A DNA stretch of 64,000 nucleotides from Longimicrobiales bacterium (GTDB lineage: Bacteria > Gemmatimonadota > Gemmatimonadetes > Longimicrobiales > Gaopeijiaceae): contig CBDFMQ010000002.1 of assembly GCA_965249725.1 (NCBI GenBank), positions 832,001 to 896,000 on the forward strand. The letters run 5' to 3'. This document shows positions 31,498 through 41,241 of the stretch, in pieces. The notes beneath the pieces are model-generated. The model ran no database searches. It worked only from the letters and a program-made list of their open reading frames with translations, and was not told where the DNA came from. Numbering within the stretch: position 1 is the stretch's first letter; every line of letters starts with the position of its first letter. The position numbers and the translations under genes were made by a program.

Positions 31498-33108
31498 ATG
31501 GCCGAGAACGGATCGAACATCGAGCACGTCACGCTGACGATAGACGGCCAGGAAGTGAGCGTCCCCAAGGGGACGACGATCCTCCAAGCTGCGCAGGGCA
31601 TGGGGACCGAAGTCCCTCACTACTGCTACCACCCCGGGCTCTCCTCTCCGGCCATGTGCCGGCTTTGCCTGGTGGAGGTCGAGGGCGCACCCAAGCTTTT
31701 GCCGTCCTGCACAACCCAGGTGGCTCCCAACCAGGTCGTGCACACCGACAGTGAACAAGCGCATCGGATGCGGACTGGGGTGCTCGAGTTCTATCTGGTG
31801 AACCACCCGTTGGACTGTCCGATCTGCGATCAGTCGGGCGAATGCGAGCTCCAGGACTACGTCTTCGAAGAGGGCCGGGAGCACGGTCGGGGACGCGAGC
31901 CGAAGCGCGTGTTCGGTCGCGACGACTTCGGCGGTGACGTGCTCTTCTACGGCGACCGCTGCGTCATGTGCACGCGGTGCGTTCGTTTCATGAACGAGAT
32001 TGAGAAGAACCCGCTTCTGTCCGTGGTCGAGCGCGGCAGTCGTTCCGTCATCGACACCTTCTTCGAGACGGGTCTCGACGAGGCGGACTGGGCGGGCAAT
32101 GTGGTGGATATCTGTCCCGTCGGGGCTCTGGTCTCGAAGGACTTCCTTCACAAGGCTCGGGCCTGGGACCTGGAACACACCCCGTCGATCTGCCCCAATT
32201 GCAGTCAGGGGTGCAACATCGATCTCCACACCATGGACAACCTGGTGCATCGCATGAAGCCGCGGCACAACGCTAATGTGAATGGCCATTGGATCTGCGA
32301 TTACGGCCGCGGACGCTACGAATGGATGAATCGGGGCGATCGGCTCGAGGCGCCGGTGGTGCGCACCTCCGGGAAGAGCACAGCCATGGGGTGGAAGGAA
32401 GCTCTGGCGGCCCTGGCGCTCGGTCTCGAAGACGCTGAAGGTGGCGTAAAGGCTGTGGTGTCCCCGTTCTGGTCCAACGAGGATCTGGGAGCCGTGTCCA
32501 GCCTGGTGGACTCTTTGGGCGGTGGCGATGTGGTCTATCGGTCGCCACGAACGGATGAAGAGGTAGCGCTTCCTGGCTACGGCGGCCTCGCCCGTCGCAA
32601 GGATCTGGCGCCCAACGTCCGCGGAGCCGAGCTCCTCGGCTTCAAGCGCGTCGGAGACGATGCGGGGCAGGGCGGTCTGGAGGACATCGCCGGACACACC
32701 GGCGTGATCGTCGTGCTGGGAGATCCGCTCGAGGATGCGCCGGAGGGCTTTGGAGCCGAGGCGAAGATGGTCGTCTACGTTGGAGCCTACACGGCGGACA
32801 CGTTGGCCTCGGCGGGATTCGCGCTTCCCGCGACCATCTTCGCGGAGCAGGAAGGCACGTTCACCAATCACGACGGCCGGGTGCAACGCTTCTGGCCGGC
32901 GTTGGACGCTCCGGGCGCCGCAAGGCCCGCTTGGTTGGTGCTGGGTGCTCTGGTCGGAGCGATCGGAGACCAAGAAGGTCCCCGAAGTGCGGGACAGGCC
33001 TTCGAGCTCCTCGGACAGAGCGTGCCCGCGTACGGCGGCATCACGTACGAGGACATGAATCACACGGGGGCCGTGATCAACGGGTCCGTGCCGGTGGCTG
33101 GCGACTGA
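31498..33108 (+). CDS. nuoG: NADH-quinone oxidoreductase subunit G, short form
   Basis: CYHP..CRLC, NHPLDCPICDQSGEC, RCVMCTRC, CPNCSQGC. Confidence 0.92.
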   Translation: MAENGSNIEHVTLTIDGQEVSVPKGTTILQAAQGMGTEVPHYCYHPGLSSPAMCRLCLVEVEGAPKLLPSCTTQVAPNQVVHTDSEQAHRMRTGVLEFYLVNHPLDCPICDQSGECELQDYVFEEGREHGRGREPKRVFGRDDFGGDVLFYGDRCVMCTRCVRFMNEIEKNPLLSVVERGSRSVIDTFFETGLDEADWAGNVVDICPVGALVSKDFLHKARAWDLEHTPSICPNCSQGCNIDLHTMDNLVHRMKPRHNANVNGHWICDYGRGRYEWMNRGDRLEAPVVRTSGKSTAMGWKEALAALALGLEDAEGGVKAVVSPFWSNEDLGAVSSLVDSLGGGDVVYRSPRTDEEVALPGYGGLARRKDLAPNVRGAELLGFKRVGDDAGQGGLEDIAGHTGVIVVLGDPLEDAPEGFGAEAKMVVYVGAYTADTLASAGFALPATIFAEQEGTFTNHDGRVQRFWPALDAPGAARPAWLVLGALVGAIGDQEGPRSAGQAFELLGQSVPAYGGITYEDMNHTGAVINGSVPVAGD

Positions 33109-33109
33109 T

Positions 33110-34381
33110 ATGGACGTGTTCCAGCCCATCTCCGGCTTTCCGCTCCTGGTCTCGACCTCGGCCAAGGTCGCCGTAATCTTCGGCGTCGTCTTGCTGACCG
33201 TCGCCTATACCACTCTGGCCGAGCGGCGCGTGTCGGCCTTCATCCAGGATCGGATCGGGCCGAACCGTGTGGGGCCCTTCGGACTGCTCCAACCCATCGC
33301 GGACGGGCTCAAGAACTTGGTCAAGGAAGAGGCTATGCCCGGCACAGCCTCGCGGCGCTATTTCTTGCTCGGACCGATGATGGCCATGGTCCCGGCGATG
33401 GTCACGTTCGCCGTCATTCCTTTTGCCGCTCCGTTGCCCACTCCTTGGGGAGTGGTCGACATGATCGTTGCGGACGTCCCGATCGGCATCCTCTATATTC
33501 TCGCGTTGAGCTCACTCGGTGTGTACGGCATCGTCATCGCAGGGTGGGCCTCGAACAACAAGTATGCGTTCCTGGGCGCCCTTCGGGCTTCCGCTCAGAT
33601 GGTCAGCTACGAGGTGGCCCTCGGCCTGAGCCTCATCGTGGTCATCATGCTCGCGGGCAACGTGACGCTCACGGAAATCGTGTGGAAGCAGCAGCAGTTG
33701 GATCTCTGGTTCGCACTGCCGTTGTCCCTGGGATTCCTTCTGTTCCTGACCGCGGCCTTCGCGGAGACGAACCGGCTCCCGTTCGATATGCCCGAAGCGG
33801 AGTCTGAGCTCGTAACCGGCTTCCACACCGAGTACTCCGCAATGAAGTTCTCCATGTTCTTCATCGCAGAGTATTCCCATATGGTGACGGCGTCGGCCTT
33901 GATGGCCACGCTGTTCTTCGGTGGATGGGATCTGCCGGGCACCTGGGACGACGCGTTCTGGGTCAACGGATCGCTCATCAGTGGATTCGATGCGAGTGGC
34001 GCGCCTATTGCCGCGGCACCGGCGGTCTGGAAGACGCTCCTGACGTTCGCTGCTTTCGCTGCGAAGACGGCCTTCTTCCTGCTGCTCTATATCTGGGTAC
34101 GCTGGACCCTACCGCGCTTCAGGTACGATCAGGTGATGCAGTTGGGCTGGAAGGTGCTCCTGCCGACCGCTCTCGCCTACGTGATGCTCATCGCCGCGAC
34201 GATGCTGATCCTCGACCAGGTCGGCGTGGCCTACGGGTTCACCTACGGCCTCGCTCTGACGGCTGTGAGCACCGTGTGCACGGTGGCGTTCGTCTTCCAT
34301 CTGGACCGCGGGCGGATCATCCAGGGTGCTTCGGTCCGCAAGGTGGCCGTCATCGAAGAATCTTCGGTTGCAGGGGACTAG
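33110..34381 (+). CDS. nuoH: NADH-quinone oxidoreductase subunit H
   Basis: QDRIGPNRVG, ETNRLPFDMPEAESELV, LPRFRYDQ. Confidence 0.95.
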   Translation: MDVFQPISGFPLLVSTSAKVAVIFGVVLLTVAYTTLAERRVSAFIQDRIGPNRVGPFGLLQPIADGLKNLVKEEAMPGTASRRYFLLGPMMAMVPAMVTFAVIPFAAPLPTPWGVVDMIVADVPIGILYILALSSLGVYGIVIAGWASNNKYAFLGALRASAQMVSYEVALGLSLIVVIMLAGNVTLTEIVWKQQQLDLWFALPLSLGFLLFLTAAFAETNRLPFDMPEAESELVTGFHTEYSAMKFSMFFIAEYSHMVTASALMATLFFGGWDLPGTWDDAFWVNGSLISGFDASGAPIAAAPAVWKTLLTFAAFAAKTAFFLLLYIWVRWTLPRFRYDQVMQLGWKVLLPTALAYVMLIAATMLILDQVGVAYGFTYGLALTAVSTVCTVAFVFHLDRGRIIQGASVRKVAVIEESSVAGD

Positions 34382-34426
34382 AATGCACTCTAATAGACAC
34401 TCCATAACTGCAAGCAGGACAACGAA

Positions 34427-34927
34427 ATGGCTGTAACCGTAAAGGTCATCCGTAGACCCGATCCGGGGAGCACGTCGTACTTGAGGGCCGCCCTCAAAGG
34501 GATGTCCGTGACCCTTCGTCACATGGTGAATCCGGACAAGGTGACACAGCAGTATCCGGAAGAGCAGACGGAGCTGAGTCCCCGGTGGAGGGGCACGCAT
34601 CGCATGGAGGTCCACGACGACGGCCGACCCAAGTGCGTGGCCTGTGGTCTTTGTCCTACCGTTTGTCCCGCGAACTGCATCCGGCTCGTGGGTGGAGAAG
34701 ACGACCAGGGAAACCGGTATCCGATCGTCTACGAGATCGACGAATTCCGCTGCATCTTCTGCGGCATGTGTCAGGAAGTCTGCCCGGTGGAGGCGATCCA
34801 TGTGGGCCGGGACTTCGAGAATGCAGAGTATTCGCGGGACCGCTTCGTCTACGACCTGGACCGCCTCATGGAGGTCGACCACCCCGTAGCGCTGTTGTGG
34901 GACCCCGAGGATCCGAAAAGTGAGTAA
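34427..34927 (+). CDS. nuoI: NADH-quinone oxidoreductase subunit I
   Basis: CVACGLCPTVCP and CIFCGMCQEVCP. Confidence 0.95.
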   Translation: MAVTVKVIRRPDPGSTSYLRAALKGMSVTLRHMVNPDKVTQQYPEEQTELSPRWRGTHRMEVHDDGRPKCVACGLCPTVCPANCIRLVGGEDDQGNRYPIVYEIDEFRCIFCGMCQEVCPVEAIHVGRDFENAEYSRDRFVYDLDRLMEVDHPVALLWDPEDPKSE

Positions 34928-34974
34928 AGCGAGTATTCGTCTGATAATTCCGACGCCATGCGAGAACGGTAGTC

Positions 34975-35496
34975 ATGGCTGATTTGCTCTTCTACGTCTT
35001 CGCCGCCGTGGCGGTGGGCGGCGCCTTTGGGGTCGTGATGGGCCGAAGCCCCATCGCCAGCCTGCTATTCATGGTGGCGTGCTTGGCGAGCATCTCCGGG
35101 ATCTTTGTACTCCTTGAGGCTCATTTCCTGGCCGCGATTCAGATCATGGTCTACGCGGGGGCCATCATGGTCCTCTTCCTGTTCGTGATCATGCTCTTGA
35201 ACCTGGGTCACGACTATCAGAAGGACATTCGAGGGGGGCTCGGCATCATTCTGGGCTTCGCCCTTGCCGGAGGCCTGGGCGGACTGCTGGCCCGACAGCT
35301 CGGAGCAGGCGCCCGTGGGCTGCAGACCAACCTCGGAGCGGGTGACGCCATCGATGCCGCCCTGTTGGAGCACGGAGCCGTGGGGGCCATCGCCAGGCCC
35401 CTTTTCACGGACTACGTGGTCCCCTTCGAACTCACGGGAATTCTGCTTCTCGTAGCGATCGTCGGTGCCATCGTATTGGCGAAGAGGGCGGTCTGA
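34975..35496 (+). CDS. nuoJ: NADH-quinone oxidoreductase subunit J
   Basis: [24 protein letters not shown]. Confidence 0.95.
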   Translation: MADLLFYVFAAVAVGGAFGVVMGRSPIASLLFMVACLASISGIFVLLEAHFLAAIQIMVYAGAIMVLFLFVIMLLNLGHDYQKDIRGGLGIILGFALAGGLGGLLARQLGAGARGLQTNLGAGDAIDAALLEHGAVGAIARPLFTDYVVPFELTGILLLVAIVGAIVLAKRAV

Positions 35497-35789
35497 TGCT
35501 CACCGAATCCCTCATCCTCTCGGCGCTGATCTTCGTAATCGGGACGATGGGCGTCATCGTCCGCCGGAACGTCATCATCATGTTCCTGTGCATCGAGCTA
35601 CAGCTGAATGCGGTGAATCTGACCTTCGTGGCGCTGTCCCGTTTCATCGGAATCGAAGGCCAGCTGTTCGTCTTCTTCGTAATGACGGTGGCAGCGGCCG
35701 AAGCAGCCGTGGGATTGGCGATCATCATCTCGATCTTCCGGCACTACGAGACCGTGAGCGTCGACAACTTCAACCTGCTCAAGTGGTAG
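35496..35789 (+). CDS. nuoK: NADH-quinone oxidoreductase subunit K
   Basis: [20 protein letters not shown]. Confidence 0.95.
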   Translation: MLTESLILSALIFVIGTMGVIVRRNVIIMFLCIELQLNAVNLTFVALSRFIGIEGQLFVFFVMTVAAAEAAVGLAIIISIFRHYETVSVDNFNLLKW

Positions 35790-35793
35790 GGCC

Positions 35794-37998
35794 GTGACGA
35801 ACCTCGGACTCTATCTGATCCAGGCGGCGGAGGGCACCGAAGCCCACGTCGCCTGGGAGCCGTTCCTGCCCGGCCTCATCATTCTGCTGCCCCTCTTGGG
35901 CTTCCTGCTCAACGGGGCCCTGGCGCTCTCCGCCGCACGCCTGTCGGCCGATGCCGTACGGGCTGGTGGCGAGTACGACTTCTTCGGAAGGGACCGTCGG
36001 GGGGACCGTCGGGGGGATCGTCGGGGGGACCGTCGGGAAGACCGTCCAAGAACCCATACGTGGCCCACCTGGATCGGGCCGGGAGTGATGGGGATCGCGT
36101 TCCTGCTGACGGTAGTCAACTTCGTGGGCATGGTGGGCGCCGAGATCCATGAGCCCGTGATCCGAAGCTACTGGACCTGGATGGAGACGGGCAGCTTCGA
36201 GGTCGCCGCGGCGATTCAGCTGGATCAGCTCGCCATGGTGATGATGTTGGTCATCACCGGCGTCGGCTTCCTGATCCACGTGTTCAGTGTCGGCTACATG
36301 CAGGACGATCCGGGCTATCCCCGGTACTTCGCCTACCTGAACCTCTTCGTCTTCTTCATGCTGATCCTGGTCATGGGATCCAGCTACGCGCTCATGTTCG
36401 TGGGGTGGGAAGGCGTTGGACTCTGCTCCTACTTGCTGATCGGCTACTGGTTCAGCGACGAGGAGAAGGCGTCTGCCGGCAAGAAGGCGTTCATCGTCAA
36501 CCGGATCGGTGACCTGGGCTTCCTCCTGGCCATCTTCCTGCTGTTCGTGGCGTTCGGATCGGTGGACTATGTCGATGTCTTCGGGGGCGCCGAAGACATC
36601 TTCGAATACGGCGGGCCGCTCGTCACCGCGGTCACCCTCTTCTTCCTCGTGGCGGCCACGGGAAAAAGCGCGCAGATCCCGCTCTACATATGGCTGCCGG
36701 ACGCCATGGCCGGGCCTACGCCCGTCTCCGCTCTGATCCACGCCGCCACCATGGTGACGGCCGGCGTCTATCTGGTGGCGCGCTCCTCACTCCTGTTCGC
36801 GCTCTCGCCCCTGAGCAGTGCGGCGGTGGCAGGAATCGGCGTGCTGACCGCGTTGTTCGCGGCGACCATCGCCCTGAAGCAGAACGACATCAAGAAGGTG
36901 CTGGCGTACTCCACCGTCTCCCAACTCGGCTACATGTTCCTGGGGGTCGGGGTCGGGGCCTATACGGCGGGTGTCTTCCACCTCATGACCCACGCGTTCT
37001 TCAAGGCGCTGCTCTTCTTGGGCGCCGGCGCGGTGATCCACTCGATGCACCACGCCCTGCACCACACGCATAAGGACTGGGACGCGCAGGACATGCGCAA
37101 CATGGGTGGGCTCAAGAAGTATATGCCCATCACCTGGGCTACGATGGGCCTCGCAACGCTTGCGATCGCAGGCATCTGGCCCTTCGCCGGCTTCTTCAGC
37201 AAAGACGAGATCATCTGGATGACCGGGGCCATGGCGGGGGCAGAGAACGCCCCCTATGCCGGCCTCTATACGGTTTACTGGGTGATGGCGCTGGCGGCAG
37301 CCATGCTGACGGCGTTCTACATGACGCGCCTGATGGTCATGACCTTCCACGGGGCGAACAGAACCGGAGCGGAAGAGGCCCAGCATCTCCACGAAGCTCC
37401 CCGGACCATGTGGATCCCGCTAGCCATACTGGCCGTGCTGTCGACACTGGGTGGCTGGTTCAACGTGACCGAGGACCTGCAGGAGTCGGTCCTCGGCGGC
37501 TTCGGCATCCTTCCCATGTCCGAGTGGCTCCATCACTGGCTCGAACCGGTGACGGAGGCCGCCCACCACGTACAAGAGGTGCATCTCGGCGAGATCGCCC
37601 ACTCCGCACCGTTCGGTGGTGGGGAGGTCGCCTGGGGGCTCATCTCGACGGTGGCGGCCCTTATCGTGGTCGTCGTGACCAGCCGGATCCTGTCCTCGAA
37701 GGATGTCACCGTAGCCACCGAAGACGCCGCGCCGACCGGCTTCGCGGGCATCCTCTACAACAAGTGGTACGTGGACGAACTGTACGACCGAATCGTGGTT
37801 CGTCCGCTAGAGAGGTTGTCTCGCTTCTCGTGGCGCGTGATCGACGCCGGCATCATCGACGGATTCGTGAACCTGGTGGGGAACGGGGCCCGGGCCCTGG
37901 GCTGGGTGGGCAGCCTGTTCCAAACCGGGCAGGTGAATACGTACGCTTTCTTCCTGACCCTGGGGGTGCTGTTCATCCTGGGAATGGTAGCCTTTTAA
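35794..37998 (+). CDS. nuoL: NADH-quinone oxidoreductase subunit L
   Basis: GWEGVG, GKSAQIPL, WLPDAMAGPTPVSALIHAATMV, HAFFKA. Confidence 0.95.
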   Translation: MTNLGLYLIQAAEGTEAHVAWEPFLPGLIILLPLLGFLLNGALALSAARLSADAVRAGGEYDFFGRDRRGDRRGDRRGDRREDRPRTHTWPTWIGPGVMGIAFLLTVVNFVGMVGAEIHEPVIRSYWTWMETGSFEVAAAIQLDQLAMVMMLVITGVGFLIHVFSVGYMQDDPGYPRYFAYLNLFVFFMLILVMGSSYALMFVGWEGVGLCSYLLIGYWFSDEEKASAGKKAFIVNRIGDLGFLLAIFLLFVAFGSVDYVDVFGGAEDIFEYGGPLVTAVTLFFLVAATGKSAQIPLYIWLPDAMAGPTPVSALIHAATMVTAGVYLVARSSLLFALSPLSSAAVAGIGVLTALFAATIALKQNDIKKVLAYSTVSQLGYMFLGVGVGAYTAGVFHLMTHAFFKALLFLGAGAVIHSMHHALHHTHKDWDAQDMRNMGGLKKYMPITWATMGLATLAIAGIWPFAGFFSKDEIIWMTGAMAGAENAPYAGLYTVYWVMALAAAMLTAFYMTRLMVMTFHGANRTGAEEAQHLHEAPRTMWIPLAILAVLSTLGGWFNVTEDLQESVLGGFGILPMSEWLHHWLEPVTEAAHHVQEVHLGEIAHSAPFGGGEVAWGLISTVAALIVVVVTSRILSSKDVTVATEDAAPTGFAGILYNKWYVDELYDRIVVRPLERLSRFSWRVIDAGIIDGFVNLVGNGARALGWVGSLFQTGQVNTYAFFLTLGVLFILGMVAF
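35992..36045 (+). repeat. 12-bp tandem repeat (about 4.5 copies, GACCGTCGGGGG) inside nuoL
   Basis: Encodes DRRG-DRRG-DRRG-DRRE-DR. Confidence 0.85.
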
Positions 37999-38003
37999 TG
38001 GGT

Positions 38004-38123
38004 GGAACGCTGAAATCGGCACAGGGCGGTGTCGCCTCTCGTCGTCGCGCCTGCGAAGTACCTTTCGGTACTCCTCGTTGCACCTCCTCGGGCTCCTACC
38101 CCTGCACTCGATTTGAGCGTCCC
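38004..38123. repeat. Intergenic palindromic (REP/MITE-like) element between nuoL and nuoM
   Basis: Terminal IR GGAACGCTGAAATCG / CGATTTGAGCGTCCC; inner CAGGG/CCCTG; apical AGTACC-TTTC-GGTACT. Confidence 0.65.
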
Positions 38124-38140
38124 CGGGACTTGGGGGGGGC

Positions 38141-39715
38141 ATGCTGACCGCTCTCGCATACGACGCGTGGATCCTCCACGCGCTCATCTGGTTGCCGTTC
38201 GTCGGGATGATCCACGTCCTTTGGGCTCCGGAGGAGCGGGCCAAGCATCTGGCTCTCTATTGGAGCTTGGCGGTCTTCGTCTTGAGCATCGGGCTTTGGT
38301 GGGCTTACGACCCGGCTCTCGGGGGCGGCTATCAGATGGCGAGCAGTCGGCCGTGGATCGTGCAGTGGGGTGTGAACTACGCCCTGGGGCTCGACGGAAT
38401 CAGCCTGTTCCTGGTGATGCTGACCACGTTCACGACGCCGCTCGCCGTCCTGGGGTCCTTCAACTACATCAAGAAGAGGGAGAAGTCGTTCTATGCTCTG
38501 ATGCTTCTCCTGGAGGTCGGGGTCATCGGGGTCTTCTCCGCGGTGGATCTCTTCCTGTTCTATGTGTTCTTCGAACTCACGCTGGTGCCGATGTACTTCA
38601 TCGTCGGTATCTGGGGCGGAGAACGGAGAGTCTACGCAGCCGTGAAGTTCTTCCTCTACACGGCGTTCGGGTCGCTCCTGATGTTGGTGGCGATTCTGTA
38701 CCTCCACTTCCGTGCCCAGACGCTGACGGGCGTGACCTCGTTCGCGTTCCTGGACCTCATGCAGGTGCCGCTTTCGCCCACGGAGCAGCTCTGGCTCTTC
38801 GGGGCCTTCGCGCTCGCTTTCGCCATCAAGGTGCCGCTGTTCCCGTTCCACACCTGGCTCCCCGACGCACACGTCGAGGCGCCCACCCCAGGTTCGGTCG
38901 TGCTGGCCGCGGTCCTCCTGAAAATGGGGACCTACGGGTTCGTGCGGTTCCTGCTGCCGTTCTTCCCGGTGGCCTCGCAGCACCCGACCGTGATCATGAC
39001 CATGATGACGCTCGGTGTGGTGGGGATCATCTACGCAGCGTGGGTGGCGGCGGTGCAGCCGGACGCCAAGAAGCTGGTGGCCTATACCTCCGTGGCGCAC
39101 ATGGGATTCGTGGTCATCGGGGTGTTCGCTCTCAGCGTCAACGGATTACAGGGCGGAATGCTCGTCATGATCTCTCACGGAATCTCGACGGGCGCTCTGT
39201 TCCTCCTGCTCGGCATGCTCTATGAGCGTCGTCACACTCGGAACATCGAGGACTTCGGTGGGCTGGGTCGGGTAGCGCCCTGGTTGGCGACCGCATTCGT
39301 GATTACGGCCTTGGCCTCGATCGGTTTGCCCGGCACGAGCGGCTTCGTCGGAGAGTTCCTGGCGCTCCTCGGCACCTTCGAAAGCCACCCAGGTATGGGC
39401 TTGCTTGCAGCCACGGGGGTGATCTTCGCGGCCTACTACATGCTGCCCATGGTTCAACGTGTCTTCTTCAACGAGTTGGACAAGGAAGAGAATCGGCAGG
39501 TCGAGGATCTATCCCGACGCGAGATCACCATTCTGGCTCCGATGATCGCACTCATGATCTGGATCGGGGTCTACCCCACACCCTTCCTTCAGCGCATGGA
39601 ACCGAGCATCCAGGCCATTCTCGAGCGGGTCGAGGCGGCTGCGCCGGCCGGGGCTTCCTTGACGGTGGAGGATGATGGCACGGTTGCGGTGCCGAGCACC
39701 GTGGCGGTGGACTGA
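38141..39715 (+). CDS. nuoM: NADH-quinone oxidoreductase subunit M
   Basis: FYVFFEL, KVPLFPFHTWLPDAHVEAPT, LLKMGTYG. Confidence 0.95.
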   Translation: MLTALAYDAWILHALIWLPFVGMIHVLWAPEERAKHLALYWSLAVFVLSIGLWWAYDPALGGGYQMASSRPWIVQWGVNYALGLDGISLFLVMLTTFTTPLAVLGSFNYIKKREKSFYALMLLLEVGVIGVFSAVDLFLFYVFFELTLVPMYFIVGIWGGERRVYAAVKFFLYTAFGSLLMLVAILYLHFRAQTLTGVTSFAFLDLMQVPLSPTEQLWLFGAFALAFAIKVPLFPFHTWLPDAHVEAPTPGSVVLAAVLLKMGTYGFVRFLLPFFPVASQHPTVIMTMMTLGVVGIIYAAWVAAVQPDAKKLVAYTSVAHMGFVVIGVFALSVNGLQGGMLVMISHGISTGALFLLLGMLYERRHTRNIEDFGGLGRVAPWLATAFVITALASIGLPGTSGFVGEFLALLGTFESHPGMGLLAATGVIFAAYYMLPMVQRVFFNELDKEENRQVEDLSRREITILAPMIALMIWIGVYPTPFLQRMEPSIQAILERVEAAAPAGASLTVEDDGTVAVPSTVAVD

Positions 39716-39717
39716 CC

Positions 39718-41202
39718 ATGGCCCTCGACTTCAGCTCTCAAGCGCACTTCCTGATCGCTCTGGGCCCGGAGCTGGTGCTCTCCGTCTGGGGCATGGTGAT
39801 TCTCATCCTGGGGGTGAGCAAACGGCAACAGAACAACCCCGATGCGTCTACTGATCTGGGTTGGATGTCGCTGATCGGCGTACTCGTAGCGGCCTCTGTG
39901 AACGGTTGGCTGTACGGCATCTCGGAGGTGGGCACCGAGTCCATGATCGCCGTGGACCCGTTCGCATTGTTCGCGAACTGGATCTTCCTGGCGGCTTTGG
40001 GCCTCGGCATCCTCATTTCGCTGGTCTACGTGAAGGAGCAACGGCTCCAGGCGGGTGAGTTCTACGGGTTGCTGATCTATTCGACCGTGGGTCTGATGGT
40101 CATGGCGGCGGCGCGCGACCTCATCGTGATCTTCCTCGGATTGGAGATCATGTCGATCGCCGTCTACGCGCTTACGGCGATGAACCGGCGCGATCGCAAA
40201 TCGGCGGAAGCCGGCCTGAAGTATTTCCTGCTGGGCGCGTTCTCGACCGGGTTCTTCCTCTACGGCATCGCCCTCGTGTACGGGGCGGCTGGCAGCACGC
40301 ACATCGAAAGAATCGCCGATGCGGTTGCAGCGGGCAGCGCACACGGAGCCCTCTTGAGTTTTGGGATCGCTCTTCTCGCGGTCGGCTTCGGATTCAAGGT
40401 CTCGGCGGTCCCGTTCCATATGTGGACTCCGGATGTCTACGAGGGAGCACCGACGCCCGTGACGGCGTTCATGGCCGTGGCCGTGAAGGCGGGTGCGTTC
40501 GTGGCGTTCTTGCGGGTGTTCACCGTCGCGTTCCAGGGGGCCTACGAAACATGGTGGGCCATTCTGTGGTGGTTCGCGGTCATCACCATGATCGTCGCCA
40601 ACCTCGTCGCCCTGGTGCAGGTGAGCGTAAAGCGCATGCTGGCCTACTCGGGCATCGCCCACGCGGGCTATCTCATGGTGGCGATCGTGGCGGCGAACGA
40701 GACGGCCGCGGCGGGGCTCCTCTTCTACCTGCTCGTATACACGCTCATGAACATCGGGGCGTTCGGGGTGGTGTTGTTGGTTTCACGCCAGAGCGAGGAG
40801 CGCCAGCGCATCGAGGACTATGCCGGGTTCGGGTGGCAGCAGCCGGTGCTCGGGGTGTTCCTGTCCATCTTCCTCCTGTCGCTCGCCGGGTTCCCCGGAA
40901 CGGGTGGCTTCATGGGGAAGATCTACCTGCTGCAAGGCGCCATGGAGGCGGATTTGGTCTACCTCTCCGTCATCCTGGTGCTGACGACGGTCGTGTCCTA
41001 CTGGTACTACCTGCGCGTAGCGTGGTTCATGTGGATGCGGGAGGCGCCGGCCGAGGACGCCCACGCTGGCATTTCCGTTCCGCTGGCGATGCGGCTCGCG
41101 TTGGTCATCGGTGTGCTCTTCGTGCTGTACCTGGGTGTTTTCCCGGGCGGCGCTCTGGACTTCGCCCAATGGAGCGTTGAAGGACTCTCGACGGGCCTCT
41201 AG
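39718..41202 (+). CDS. nuoN: NADH-quinone oxidoreductase subunit N
   Basis: EAGLKYFLLG, FKVSAVPFHMWTPDVYEGAP, KRMLAYS. Confidence 0.95.
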   Translation: MALDFSSQAHFLIALGPELVLSVWGMVILILGVSKRQQNNPDASTDLGWMSLIGVLVAASVNGWLYGISEVGTESMIAVDPFALFANWIFLAALGLGILISLVYVKEQRLQAGEFYGLLIYSTVGLMVMAAARDLIVIFLGLEIMSIAVYALTAMNRRDRKSAEAGLKYFLLGAFSTGFFLYGIALVYGAAGSTHIERIADAVAAGSAHGALLSFGIALLAVGFGFKVSAVPFHMWTPDVYEGAPTPVTAFMAVAVKAGAFVAFLRVFTVAFQGAYETWWAILWWFAVITMIVANLVALVQVSVKRMLAYSGIAHAGYLMVAIVAANETAAAGLLFYLLVYTLMNIGAFGVVLLVSRQSEERQRIEDYAGFGWQQPVLGVFLSIFLLSLAGFPGTGGFMGKIYLLQGAMEADLVYLSVILVLTTVVSYWYYLRVAWFMWMREAPAEDAHAGISVPLAMRLALVIGVLFVLYLGVFPGGALDFAQWSVEGLSTGL

Positions 41203-41241
41203 CTCTACACTCGGCGTACTCGTTGGAGGGGCAGGAAGCCA

